DNA of 64,000 nt, from positions 18,756 through 82,755 of the IMG/VR virus record IMGVR_UViG_3300034375_003182. One strand, given 5' to 3'. The notes beneath the pieces are model-generated. The model was given only the letters and a program-made list of their open reading frames with translations. It searched no databases and was not told the origin of the DNA. A program made the translations under genes and the position numbers. Each line of letters begins with the position of its first letter. Position 1 is the first letter of the stretch. The DNA is from a virus. Below, piece after piece: positions 11,601 to 21,196 of this stretch.

Positions 11601-14600
11601 TCTGGGTTAGTAAACTCTACACCCATGTAGTTTAATATTGCAAGAGCATCAGCCTCATTAATGTTGGCTCCTTTACCTGCAAGCTTAGCAAGAGTCATTT
11701 GACGACCATTAACATTAAATGCTTTATTCGGCTCTATCACTACTCTACCAGTTTCTGGATCTACAGAGAAAGGTCCTTTACCTTCTTGTACTCTTTCTTT
11801 AAAGTTAGCTCTAAACTCTGACATGATAAGAGCAGACTCTCTATCTGCGTTAGCAGGCATAAATGTAACATGTCCATTCTCTGCGTCGTATATAGCTATA
11901 ATATCTTCACTATTAAATTTATGGAACTGCTGTCTAAACTGTCTTTGTAGTTTAAACTCATTAGCAGTTAATGCAGATGCATCTTTAGTTACCTGCAGTC
12001 TGTTTATAAGAGTTGTAATAGGACCAGGTGTACCAGCTATGTCAGCGTACTCTGGGTGTTCTATAGCTAACTCTCTTAGTTTATTTATCTGATCTGCAAA
12101 TGACTCAGTGCCTGCTAGTCTTTTAAGAACTAGATTGAAGAAAGGCTTGTAGTCTACTAGTCCTAAACCATAAGCACTATTTGTATTCTTCATACTTCTA
12201 GATGCAGGCAGTGTAGCAATTAATAGTTTTACAGCAGCTGGGGCAGTGTCCTTTAGATTAATTTCATTATTCTCATTTATATTGTAGCTATCTCTTAGCT
12301 TAGTAGACTCTGCATTTTCTTTTATCTCTAGTTGTACCTTAAACTGCTCTAGAAAGTCAAATACAGATTGTGTAACAGCTGTTGTATTGTGATAAACCAT
12401 CGCAGCTAAGTTGTCTATATCCTGCTGTACTTCTGCGCTTGCGTTTTGTCTTATCTTATTTAGATTTGTAAAGTATGTACGATACGTAACATTCATTAAC
12501 TCCTGCATCTTTTGTTTCTTTGCATCTGAGTTATTCTTAGATGACAAGTCTAACAAGTCAGCCATACTGAATCCAGCCACCTGACCATTAAACAAGTGTC
12601 CAAACATTATACGAGTTAGTGATTCTGTAATAGCCTTGCTTTGATCTACGCTTATCTTAGAACCATCTGCTAGTGTAATACGCTTATCCATGGACATTGC
12701 AAAGTCCGGGTTGTTTACAGGTTGTACAAATCTGTTATCTCTAATACTATCAAAGAACTGTTGTAATCTTTGTCTGTCCGCTGCTGGCCCTCTACCAAGC
12801 ATTGTGTTAAAGAACTCTTTGATTGCATTAAAGAATCGTTTTATAAAATTACTATCCTTATTTGTTTTGTTGCCTATCTTATACTTATCTCCTACTAACA
12901 TGTAAGATCTAAACTCTTCAGCAAGTCCCTCTTCTATATTTTCTGTTTGACCAGTAAGTCTTGTGAATGCATCTTCTATCTCCTGCTTAGTTTCAGGAGT
13001 AGTAAATCTACCTGATACTACGTGGTACGCCTCGTGATATACTGTACCTTCTTGTGCTAGATCTGATAGTAATACTCTAGCAGCATTTAAAGTTCTACCA
13101 TATGACTTACCATCAATAAGTCCGTCTATTACTTTGATTGGTATGTTAGGAAACTTACCTTCAAACCATGCTATCTCTGCAGGTATGTTAGCAGCTTTGT
13201 ATTGTTCTGTAACTTCAGAAGCTAACAAGTCTTGTACTTCAGGTCCCATAGTAGGATCTTCCATCTGCCCACCGAACTTAGCTAATATGTCTACAGTAGA
13301 CGGAGCTTGCTTTGATTCGGAGTCTTGTGCACTGTACGCTTCTAGTATAGCCTGATCCACACTAGTAGGATTAGTCTGTTTAGCAGCATCTACTTTTGGT
13401 GGAACTATAACATTCTTTTCTGAGATTTCAAATCCAGCGGTAAGGCCAGGGCTTACTTCTTTTATTTTAGATACAGCGCCCATAAATGATAAATCTTTCT
13501 GAGCATTATAGAAGTCAATAATCTTTACAACATTAGTGTCAACATCATCACTCTTAACAATTATCTTGTTATCATTACCTTTACTTATCTCATAGGTTCC
13601 TATAAGTGAGCCATCCGCTTTGGTAACAGTAAGATTGTAGTCTTGTCCAACTACCATATCAGGAGTATCAAGACCGGTGTCTTCTTGTGCTCCTTCAGTA
13701 AGGTCTGTAGGTGCATCTGTTTTTGCTACAGGAGTAATAGGAGACTGCTGAGCTACAGATTGACCATAGTCATACTTTAGGTATGTTCTCTTTATCTGTG
13801 TATTGTTTACATCTTTAGACATTGGAACTATACCTGTAGTAAGTGGAGGTGTGGTGCCATCCTCTCTTTGTAGGAACAGATAGTCATTGTAGCTATCATA
13901 TGTAACACCAGGTTGTGTACCTTCAGGTGTTACAACTACAGATGTGTATGGCTTATTAGGCTTGTTTAAAAGGCTCTTATCTATGTTGTGATTCTTTGTA
14001 GCTAAGAACTCTTTTAACAATTGTACGTTTGCTTCGTTATATATATCTACAGTTGTACTGATTGGATTCCCATCAGCGTCAGTGCTGTTAACTACATCAG
14101 CTGGGGCGTTTGGATCTAGACTTCTTATATCTATCTTATTACCGCCAAAGTTTAGGTATGTTACATCGCCTTCTCTTGCTGCATATATCTCAAATGACTT
14201 AGAGTTAGGACTGTCTGTAGCTCTTCTGTTAAATCCAATTAAACTATTAAGGTATGGACGAACTTGAACATCAGTGCCTTCTATAATGTTGGCAGCAGCT
14301 GCAACATCTTTATCAGTTGAATGTAGCTTTGTACCATATGCTGCAAGTATTTGTACAGCAGTTTCTATTTCTGTATCAGTAAGTGTTCTAGTTTCTAGTG
14401 GTACCGGGTAGCCTTTGTGCGCCGCATATGGCATACCTCTAACTACCTTATACTTATTACCACCTTCTTGTATAGTTGTAAACCCATCAGGACCTGTTAC
14501 ACCTGTGGCTATATTAACTTTTATTTTCTTAAGTTTCTTTTCATCATTTGTTATTCTACCTAGAGCAGCACCCTTTACGTAGTTACCATCTGCGTCTTTC

Positions 14601-17600
14601 TGCATAACAGCGGTGCCTCTACCTTTACCTGAAATTCTAAACGACACAGGCCCTCTAGACAATAAAATCTTTTTTCTAGAAACTTTATATGCCTCTGTAA
14701 GAATATCAAACTGAGCTTTGTTGTCTTCGTTTACACCAGAAAACTTACTACCATCTTCATTGGGCAATAGTTGTTTTGTGTATATAAGTCCGCCATCCTC
14801 TGATCTAACATATTTTTTATTTACTTTGTCGTAAACTGCCAGTACTATATCAGCGTTTTCCGGTGTAGCTTCTGAACCTGTAAAGAATTCGTCTTGGTTT
14901 AATGCATCTATGTCTTTCTGCTCTAAACCTGCACTTTCTACATTTCCTCTGTGGAATGCACGAAGTTCATACTTATCATTTCTTATATCAGTAGGTAGTA
15001 TACTGTCAACAAACTTAAAGAATCTTCTTTGGTCTAAAGACATGTTCTCCTCACTGGTATCCTCAAACTTATTCTCTACGTCTATACCACCAGTCTTACC
15101 ATATCCTATATCAAATGCATTAGGTTTAGTATGTGTCTTATCTTCATTAGAAATAAAGTCAGCTGTTCTACTAGGACCATCTATTGTTACAGCCTCATTA
15201 GATTTAGGAGCTGGCGCAATTACACCCCTGCCCATCACCTGGTCGTATACTCTACCTTCTTCTATAACTATAGCTGAGAGCTTCTTCTGTAAGGCGTTAT
15301 AGTTTGTACCAAATATAATACTACGCTGTACTTTCTCCATGCCTTTGTATTTATTATCTAAGGCATCAATCATAGCTGCTTCTCTTTGCTTAGCGGCACG
15401 CAATGTTGTTTCTAGTTTTTCTAGCTTCTCTTCTGTGGCAAAGAACTCGTCCTCCAAGAACCTTTGATCTTCTCTTTTCTTATACAAGTCCTGGAACTCA
15501 GAATACATCTTTGGTCTATTTACCAATAGATCTGCAAACTCAGGATATTGATTAGCTAGATCAGCTTGTTCATTAGAAAACTCTATAAACTTAGCAGCAT
15601 CTAGAGGATTTGCTCCTGGATATGTTTCTTTGAATTTTGTATATGCATTGAAGAACCTGTCTTCCATAAGTATATCCTTCAGCACATCATAATAATTCTT
15701 TGCTTTTTGTGCACTATCTTCAAGAACAGCTATCTGATCCATCAACTCTTCTAAAGCCTGCTCAGTTCTACTTATAGATCCTTGAGCATTTGTATCTAAC
15801 TCAGTTCTAGTTGACAGCTTAACGCTACCATCAGGCTGTAAGGTGGTGCCTGATATTCCTAATTGTTGTAGGCCTTGTTCTTTTAGTTGTTTTTCTAACT
15901 CAAGTCTATCTTCCATAGGAAGCATAAATGCAGACTCAGTCTCTTTCAACATCTGATCTAGGAACTTAGCATTCTCTTTTATAAGCTCCGCGTCTTCTTG
16001 CAGTTTATCTCTCTTTTCACCAAGCTCTTGATACAGGGACTCTGCCAGCATCATATCACTCTCTAGTTGGTTTATACTTACAAACCTACCTTTTTCATCA
16101 CGACGAGTTTCATATCTCTTAAGCTGGGCTCTCATAGCCTCAGCTCCATAGTTCAGTCTTTTATCTAGTTCCTCTATTTCTTTCTGTATCTCTACTAGTC
16201 TTGAGGTATCAGTTTTCTGTATTCTTTCTATAGCCTCTGCTACTTTACGTCTTTCTATTGCATTCTGATTTAGTATAGATACGCCAGGTCTATAATCACC
16301 ATTTGACATAATATCATCCATTGATATTTTGTCATTAGCATCTTTTACATTATATAAGGTAGTCGGATCTAAGAATCTATAGAACTTTTCTTTACCGTCT
16401 TTGCCTAATATTCCAACTTCGTTCTCTCTGTTTTCATTATAGAACCTTACTTTATCATTCTCTCTAACAGCTTGCTGAGTTGCTACTGCCTGGCGCTCAG
16501 CTTCTTCCTTATTATAGTCGTCCATGTAGTACTCAATCTGCTGGAACGCCTCTCTCTGACCTTCAGGGTCAGTCAGATTATTATATAAATCAATAAACTG
16601 CTCACGTCTAGCTCTAAGCATTCTAAGATCTCTAAGTGTGGAAAGCATCTCTTCTTGAGATTCTGTTTTAGCAGCTTCGTTAGGATTATTATTTATAAAC
16701 TGATTCATAATGTCAGCATCCTCACGAGTGTTCTGACCAAAACCATTTAAAGCACTTTGTTGCAGGGCATCTCTTGCAACTTCTAACTCCGCTCTAGCTT
16801 CTGGTGATAGTTTGTCAGGACTACTGTCTTCTAATGTATCATCCTTTCTAAGCACATCCTCTATCTGTTGTAACTCCCTATTGACTGTAGGAGCCTTTTG
16901 ACTATATGCAGCATCAAAATCTATAGTAGTACCAGCTAGCTCGTTTACTCTTTTTTGTAAATCAGCTTCTCTTAAATCTACATTGTCTGCTACAGCTACT
17001 GCATGTGTTAGCATGTCTCTTACCTCTTTTGAATACTGCGCAAACTTTGGGTTATTGTTTATCTGATCATGGGCCTTCTTTATCTTCTTAGCCTTTTCTA
17101 TTGCAGAATCTACTACTTTATTCTTTCTATCAGTAAGTTCTTGATCAGTCATAGTAGAGGTATCGTAGCCCATATCTCTTGCAAACTGTTCATTACTAGA
17201 TTCTCTAACAGCCTCAAAGTCTTCCATTACATGCTCAAACAATCCAGCCTGTATTCTAGAATCTACATAGCTATACATCTGATCATTCTCTGCATTTTTA
17301 TATGCAAACATGTTTTGTTCTGCTAACGCCGCATCCATCTCCTGCTGTAAGTTTGTAGCTTTAGAGAAGTTCTCGAAGTTAGTCTGCATGTTCTTTATAG
17401 TAGCAGCCGCATTAGGGTTTTTATTTAGATAATCTACTAATCTATCTGTACGTCTTCTCTTATCCTTCTGCTCTCTGATGGCACCTACGATACCCCCTTG
17501 TATTTCAAACTGTCTTTTACCAGTAGTTTGAGACTTAGCATATGTAGGTATACCCATGGCACCTAGCAAGAACCCTAAACCTATTTCTTTCTGTGTATCT

Positions 17601-18976
17601 TTAGCTCCGTACGTTTCTATGAATGTATCATCCAAAGATCTTATCAAGTCTAATGCTGCGTTAACACCATGAGGTCTATCCTTTTTAGAATAGTACTCAG
17701 CTGATGCGTGCCTACCTGCATTACTTAACCATGACTGTCCACCTTCTTCTACAAAACCTTCGTAGAATGGATTCTTAAGAGCGTGGTATGCAGCACTAAC
17801 GTACTTACCTTTACCCATAGATCTATATGCTGCTCTATAAGGAGCTGCTACTTGCTTCCCTGCATCTCTTATGATCTTTCCAAAGCTTCCAGACATAGAA
17901 CGTGCTCCAGGTCCAAATATTTTTGGGAACTGTAGCATGTTACCACCACCTACAAGAGCGAGGTTAGTTGTAAATACAGAGTTAGCTGATTGTGTAGCTA
18001 GGTCTTTTATAAAAGCTAGCTCTTCATCTGTAGGCTGTCTTCCATTCTTAGAAACAAAGTCCTCTACACCGTCTTTTACTACACTGTCTAAGTGATGTCT
18101 TGCTTCTACACCTGCCTCATACCCAGCACCTGTAACAAGCTGTCTCATTACCTTGGATGCACTCCTAGCTTTTTGCATAGCTGATAGCCCTCCACGAGTT
18201 AGCCTGGCAGCATCACCCATCTTATCAGTTGTCTTTGCAGTTTTACCTGCAATTTTAAATATCTTTTTTGCTTTTGATAGCAAGCTTGCAGTTGCTACAG
18301 CTTGTGCAGGAGCTGCGCCACCAAAACTTGCAGCGGTAGTAGCTGTCAAAGCCGCCTCTGTTAGGATAGCACCTGCTATAAAAGATAGCCCATTAGTAAA
18401 ATCATTTGCCCAGAAGTTCCCTGTACCTAAGCTTTTAAAAAACCCTAAGTCTCTTTCTTCTTTTGCTATATAGTTAGGTAAGTTGTAGTCTAAGGCTTCG
18501 TTTATATCATCAAGACCACGTGTAAACTCATTATCAAATACAGACTTAAAAGAGTCTGCTGCATCAGCGTCTGTCATTGCATACTTACCCAAACCATGCA
18601 AACTTGTAAATATAGTTCCTATACCACCAACTGTAGCTGTAGCAGTTTTACCAGCTAGTTTACCTACAGCGTTACCCCACTCTGTAGCATTGCTTTGACC
18701 ATACGCAGCTAGATCTGTAAGGTCATCATTCTCAATATTAATTGGGGCTCTTAGAAAGTCTGGAGTTTCATATAGCTTTGCAGCTCCCTCTGAAGCATCT
18801 TCAAATAACTTTTGATCTGCAGATGTTCTACGAGTAAGACCCATAAAGCTTTGACCTTCAACTGGATCTACGTCCAACGAAGTCTCAGCCTCTTTTGCTT
18901 TTGTTAACCCCTCTTCTAAACCTGTATCTTTATCTATCTCAGATTTAAACTCCATTAAATTTTTTAGTATACCCAT
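5699..18976 (-). CDS. Virion-packaged two-barrel DNA-dependent RNA polymerase (crAss-type), multidomain
   Basis: 4425 aa; catalytic loop AGSDYDIDKL (DxDxD at 8921-8935) preceded by GFRIP; DAQGY and PPLKP motifs of crAss RNAPs; HEAYH zincin motif (13022-13036); hydrophobic Gly/Ala N-terminal segments; C-terminal macro-like domain. Confidence 0.9.
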   Translation of the reverse strand: MGILKNLMEFKSEIDKDTGLEEGLTKAKEAETSLDVDPVEGQSFMGLTRRTSADQKLFEDASEGAAKLYETPDFLRAPINIENDDLTDLAAYGQSNATEWGNAVGKLAGKTATATVGGIGTIFTSLHGLGKYAMTDADAADSFKSVFDNEFTRGLDDINEALDYNLPNYIAKEERDLGFFKSLGTGNFWANDFTNGLSFIAGAILTEAALTATTAASFGGAAPAQAVATASLLSKAKKIFKIAGKTAKTTDKMGDAARLTRGGLSAMQKARSASKVMRQLVTGAGYEAGVEARHHLDSVVKDGVEDFVSKNGRQPTDEELAFIKDLATQSANSVFTTNLALVGGGNMLQFPKIFGPGARSMSGSFGKIIRDAGKQVAAPYRAAYRSMGKGKYVSAAYHALKNPFYEGFVEEGGQSWLSNAGRHASAEYYSKKDRPHGVNAALDLIRSLDDTFIETYGAKDTQKEIGLGFLLGAMGIPTYAKSQTTGKRQFEIQGGIVGAIREQKDKRRRTDRLVDYLNKNPNAAATIKNMQTNFENFSKATNLQQEMDAALAEQNMFAYKNAENDQMYSYVDSRIQAGLFEHVMEDFEAVRESSNEQFARDMGYDTSTMTDQELTDRKNKVVDSAIEKAKKIKKAHDQINNNPKFAQYSKEVRDMLTHAVAVADNVDLREADLQKRVNELAGTTIDFDAAYSQKAPTVNRELQQIEDVLRKDDTLEDSSPDKLSPEARAELEVARDALQQSALNGFGQNTREDADIMNQFINNNPNEAAKTESQEEMLSTLRDLRMLRARREQFIDLYNNLTDPEGQREAFQQIEYYMDDYNKEEAERQAVATQQAVRENDKVRFYNENRENEVGILGKDGKEKFYRFLDPTTLYNVKDANDKISMDDIMSNGDYRPGVSILNQNAIERRKVAEAIERIQKTDTSRLVEIQKEIEELDKRLNYGAEAMRAQLKRYETRRDEKGRFVSINQLESDMMLAESLYQELGEKRDKLQEDAELIKENAKFLDQMLKETESAFMLPMEDRLELEKQLKEQGLQQLGISGTTLQPDGSVKLSTRTELDTNAQGSISRTEQALEELMDQIAVLEDSAQKAKNYYDVLKDILMEDRFFNAYTKFKETYPGANPLDAAKFIEFSNEQADLANQYPEFADLLVNRPKMYSEFQDLYKKREDQRFLEDEFFATEEKLEKLETTLRAAKQREAAMIDALDNKYKGMEKVQRSIIFGTNYNALQKKLSAIVIEEGRVYDQVMGRGVIAPAPKSNEAVTIDGPSRTADFISNEDKTHTKPNAFDIGYGKTGGIDVENKFEDTSEENMSLDQRRFFKFVDSILPTDIRNDKYELRAFHRGNVESAGLEQKDIDALNQDEFFTGSEATPENADIVLAVYDKVNKKYVRSEDGGLIYTKQLLPNEDGSKFSGVNEDNKAQFDILTEAYKVSRKKILLSRGPVSFRISGKGRGTAVMQKDADGNYVKGAALGRITNDEKKLKKIKVNIATGVTGPDGFTTIQEGGNKYKVVRGMPYAAHKGYPVPLETRTLTDTEIETAVQILAAYGTKLHSTDKDVAAAANIIEGTDVQVRPYLNSLIGFNRRATDSPNSKSFEIYAAREGDVTYLNFGGNKIDIRSLDPNAPADVVNSTDADGNPISTTVDIYNEANVQLLKEFLATKNHNIDKSLLNKPNKPYTSVVVTPEGTQPGVTYDSYNDYLFLQREDGTTPPLTTGIVPMSKDVNNTQIKRTYLKYDYGQSVAQQSPITPVAKTDAPTDLTEGAQEDTGLDTPDMVVGQDYNLTVTKADGSLIGTYEISKGNDNKIIVKSDDVDTNVVKIIDFYNAQKDLSFMGAVSKIKEVSPGLTAGFEISEKNVIVPPKVDAAKQTNPTSVDQAILEAYSAQDSESKQAPSTVDILAKFGGQMEDPTMGPEVQDLLASEVTEQYKAANIPAEIAWFEGKFPNIPIKVIDGLIDGKSYGRTLNAARVLLSDLAQEGTVYHEAYHVVSGRFTTPETKQEIEDAFTRLTGQTENIEEGLAEEFRSYMLVGDKYKIGNKTNKDSNFIKRFFNAIKEFFNTMLGRGPAADRQRLQQFFDSIRDNRFVQPVNNPDFAMSMDKRITLADGSKISVDQSKAITESLTRIMFGHLFNGQVAGFSMADLLDLSSKNNSDAKKQKMQELMNVTYRTYFTNLNKIRQNASAEVQQDIDNLAAMVYHNTTAVTQSVFDFLEQFKVQLEIKENAESTKLRDSYNINENNEINLKDTAPAAVKLLIATLPASRSMKNTNSAYGLGLVDYKPFFNLVLKRLAGTESFADQINKLRELAIEHPEYADIAGTPGPITTLINRLQVTKDASALTANEFKLQRQFRQQFHKFNSEDIIAIYDAENGHVTFMPANADRESALIMSEFRANFKERVQEGKGPFSVDPETGRVVIEPNKAFNVNGRQMTLAKLAGKGANINEADALAILNYMGVEFTNPESLSTKQRMNILSELVPSEGTGILSKLVELGEEGVSIEDIFSRESGAFSRFKKIIDIQADRTEKSVDLQFQTADGKTAYGVITNNFTTNIVGRLNNGRVPEFFIDPETGELMESVKGSIFLEGSMGGMKIGMGTLNGIKKEGNRRGFVYENNSPSRRFRTDFNAVLDGRIPQIRPAEKKSQFVFDLNARNEEGSALIDLMPKTEAEYVGQMSKYLRQEIYKALSNHGNSIDGYNRNKGQLRVFDYVTSVNLQDVGGVGNIDAYMAENKEAIEADLRTHLKTRAEELFRAGIENKLIKLDPENNIKYNVEVSDQILAKNNLDFEKSGTHNSMLEGDVMNMLKKFVMLHEAGNIEQTIAVLGDLGFFKPDSFFKRTSGPHGPKLFADNSVEVNDWLNQNYERLDGKTADGKMRHITYRDVKASITNERFLEYAEAYGADPAAIQIKLETPNVQLDPKTEEVYEILRPYLEFDEADAQGYMTIDEYMEFLERVGNVTPDQRTAYKKVREGQPLSAQEMAVFPPLKPQYYGPTYATGIYSPAFIKLSVLPIYPQLVESIGKGSNLGKMLDDMIDNQVGLAVFESGVKVGKVVGADNASNDFYDESGDYAGIDQANVSELYYDFMGIQVETQNPVKTKVSKGSQQRALLASNAYENGKVVNKEVAAIDKRLQVLENELVDAEFESLKREFGIEDAGNEFTISEEGYEKLTEVLRGEAERRDMSDAYLDGLEEFLSGETRVLDVLGNKPKIENLLYSLVSNRIVNYKTFGGAKVQVSSAGIEVEQRTVYQDKHKYGANVAALQFYRKEDGKVKAMQVMLPHYFKELIGENVTIREDGVYRDGEKIGGKEMLEVYGFRIPTSALNSIEAIEIAGFLPQEAGDAIMVPSEIVVKAGSDYDIDKLSIFLPNYTYNRSKNELNVVPFLTNANSTSTQRVQALRTLNPRKYATLAQQVGLGESVVDKVVAMNKEFAKLKQLDYQNYQNPEVQEVSKQIDNLYKKRKKAPRSQRDSIDFEIGLLEMRRMAKIQDADTGMDVSIQSVKDKISKEFEKIDSQIANAVDKQDIPLERQNATQAIQNQILTNSRKIVLNEANYEQLVRPVGAQRLKDMANVIRGLQGKSNQSPRFSDLLKFEFIQEMGNRFLAGKKALGVAAVANTHQIKAQRAGLALRVDPDFSIGMPAYEMIELEDGSLAIPMGGTRDALGLNYVSEIIGEFINAFVDVSKDPFVFDINGNLTTASTYISMLRAGVPLEFVSKFMTQPVLFEMVATKTENPATGLGEISKTLQKEHENKAKDIAALSGLPTDFDATVEYTIPAMERMLALGEKARQFEEMSNGMAPEQKAKLLDQFTPQDLIDYHTFQMQAMKKYIDIRDGLTIPMQELSEAVTGDRSGLAPKNRMEAKMQVMKLNTLKAENKFVNLDKYLDESFQKSFEQSLESSSRMFDSLFATTRKADAEFILDSLIVDIINRRDIGNDDKARFAGLVENSLVNYILQTVRTENQQELFKDASRLFQGTKDSPSLARRVMQLKKDTKKSLILNELFPILQTYDPTHPEYATENIKKFNKRLTSFERNALIEDMQVLMEKDPELAKDIVKFIILQSGQQTSPVSFMDLIPAQQYIDIVDPILKKYLAGTKEQSNVNLDNFRLQFYKNNFKNPFVVPQYMKQKVDEATYGFEADTGKTQIPPGLSNKVRIVGARALQIASPNRPPQEFISVEIPDTSLSREQKARLIKAGKKTTIKKLFKLTEDSKANYKTVVKKLSEGKRKEIGNAWTMVWEQITTLGNGMYLQEYGPEGIISMVNSNNITLDGKDHTDKTLDPNVKEMRRGKQTVTGDIFNIAGIPIVPVDQSGTFANGLARVAKAKGLPIAKKFTAKANVISAPTKAQYGEPVDFAIFADSIGKIDTLAKKNPGKTFLLPPLGLEPGNKSTQQEIDSRVVIIKSLLDANPNIKLVIPDSTNPALTAHLDTLRTIFEC

Positions 18977-18977
18977 G

Positions 18978-21194
18978 TTATAGTCCTAATAGTTTTGGAT
19001 CGTATGTTGTGCTAAAGTAACTTTTTTCTATAGCCTTATACTGATTGTGTTTTGGATGATCTTGATTACTCTCTATTTCTCTAAGCTCACTTAAACTGCT
19101 TATACCCATTTGAGTTCCAATCAAATTTAGTAAATTATTTTCTATGTTAATTAAATTAGTTAACGTGTAGGCAGCTAAAGCTTGTTGTTTTGATGGAAGT
19201 TTTTTATGATCAAACGCCATAGGATCTTGTACCATTTGCATAATAGTGCTCATATCAAATCCTGCTCGAACTAGTGGAGCTAGTTGCTGCTGTTGTTTTT
19301 TATTATTAAAGTCAGCAAACGTCATTTCACCATGAATTAAAGCATCATAGTCCCCTTCATTACTTTCAAACTGCTGTGAAATTCCTAAACTCTCTGCAAT
19401 GCTAGACATAAGATCATGATGTTTTGCACCTTCACTAACATTTTTAGGTTCCACTGTGTAGAATTTACCTTTATAGTTTAATGTTAAAGTTGCCTGCGTG
19501 CCTGTAAACATATCGGGCATAGTAAGTCCTGCAAATGTTGCACCGCCTTCTGTTCCAACGCTTTCTATTATTTCTTCCATATCGTTTGTGCTAGCAAAAG
19601 TACCATCTGCTCTCAAAAAGCTAAAGTCATTCATAGATAGTTGGCCTCTCATCACATTATTTACTTTATTAAGTTCTGAAGAACCTTCAGGTGCAAAAGC
19701 TATTCTATCTGAAGTTTTAATTGAAGCTGTATTAGTATGATGCTCATATAACTCATCCCCGCCTTTATCTTTATGTATAGTATAATATTGTTCAGCAATC
19801 TTTTCAATATTAGCTAAATCATCCTGAGTGTAGTTAGTGCCAAACATGTCATTAATATCATTAATACCTTTTCCTAGTTGAAGCATTAAATTCTTAAGCT
19901 CACCTTTACGCCCTAGCATTGGAGATCTTACATTTCTAAAGCTAGTACGAGTAAATAGAGTGTTATCTGCAGTATAAATAGATCTCTTAACGTCTCCACC
20001 AAAAGCTCTATCAGTGCCAAAGAATGATTGATCTGCAACCAACTCCATAAGCAGTGGTTCTATAACCTGATACTTAGAGTTGTCACCCTTAAATAAACCT
20101 TGCATTAGCTTGTAAGCATTTTTTGCATCTTTACCTGCACTCTTCATAGAGTTAGCGAACATGTTGGTACGCTTATTAGTTATGTTAGCTAGCTGTATCT
20201 GAGCATCTCTTTTCTCTTCATTAGTTTTTGCATCTCGCATTGCATTTAACGCTGCAGCATAATCCTTTTCCACTTGCTCGAATGTGCCCATACCTGCATC
20301 AATAGCACTGTTACCTGGTAGTACCATTACATTACTAAGATCTCCAAACCCTGATGCACCGCTTTGCTCTGGAGCCTGCATATAAGAAGGAACCATACCT
20401 ACCTGCTTCTCAGCTACATCTCTCATGCTTTGTACTATACTGTTGTATGCTTCTTCTTGACTTAGCCCGTCAAGCTGTGTAAGCTTTTTTAGTTCTTGTT
20501 GTCCTTCTGATGTTGATATGTATTCTTCTAGTAAACCTTCAGCTATTCTATCAGCTTTAGCACCACTAACACCCGTCCATCTTTCTAGCAGTCCTAAAAT
20601 ATCACTAGGACCTAGTTCTGATCCAGACTTAGCAATGCCTTGTAGCATCTGTTGCTTCTTAGCATCATAGTCCATCATTAACTCTGTACCACCGTGGTAT
20701 ATATTACGAGTCATAGAACCATCTTCATTTTGATAAAAAGATTTGTGTGCATCAAAAGCATGCCCAATTATTTCTCCAGTCTCTTCATCTCTAACCACGT
20801 TGAAGTCTAGCACTTTTCTACCAGTCTTCATCTCTATCTCACGAGCAGCTTTTATCTCTGCCTGTCTATTTGCATAAGATTGTGACGCTAGCTTAAGTCC
20901 TTCATTCATAGCAAAGTCTTGAGCAATACCATCTACAATAGCACCAGAGTTTTCGTAGTCTCCTACCATAACTGTGTTTGCCATCTTATCATTTATATCA
21001 GCTATAGCATTATCCTTTATATACTGATCGCCACCACCCACTTGAACGCCAGCTAAGCTTCTCTCTACTAAGTCATGCTTCTGCTTGTTATTATCATAAC
21101 GCTGTCTTAGTAATTGATTTACTTGTACACTTTGTGGGTCTACGTATTGAGATACATAAGGTGTAAGACTATATTTACTATACTTGTTTGCCAT
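18978..21194 (-). CDS. Putative ejected cargo protein
   Basis: 738 aa helical protein with MANKYS...YVSQYVDP start, positioned just before the vRNAP as in crAss-like cargo blocks. Confidence 0.6.
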   Translation of the reverse strand: MANKYSKYSLTPYVSQYVDPQSVQVNQLLRQRYDNNKQKHDLVERSLAGVQVGGGDQYIKDNAIADINDKMANTVMVGDYENSGAIVDGIAQDFAMNEGLKLASQSYANRQAEIKAAREIEMKTGRKVLDFNVVRDEETGEIIGHAFDAHKSFYQNEDGSMTRNIYHGGTELMMDYDAKKQQMLQGIAKSGSELGPSDILGLLERWTGVSGAKADRIAEGLLEEYISTSEGQQELKKLTQLDGLSQEEAYNSIVQSMRDVAEKQVGMVPSYMQAPEQSGASGFGDLSNVMVLPGNSAIDAGMGTFEQVEKDYAAALNAMRDAKTNEEKRDAQIQLANITNKRTNMFANSMKSAGKDAKNAYKLMQGLFKGDNSKYQVIEPLLMELVADQSFFGTDRAFGGDVKRSIYTADNTLFTRTSFRNVRSPMLGRKGELKNLMLQLGKGINDINDMFGTNYTQDDLANIEKIAEQYYTIHKDKGGDELYEHHTNTASIKTSDRIAFAPEGSSELNKVNNVMRGQLSMNDFSFLRADGTFASTNDMEEIIESVGTEGGATFAGLTMPDMFTGTQATLTLNYKGKFYTVEPKNVSEGAKHHDLMSSIAESLGISQQFESNEGDYDALIHGEMTFADFNNKKQQQQLAPLVRAGFDMSTIMQMVQDPMAFDHKKLPSKQQALAAYTLTNLINIENNLLNLIGTQMGISSLSELREIESNQDHPKHNQYKAIEKSYFSTTYDPKLLGL

Positions 21195-21196
21195 AA

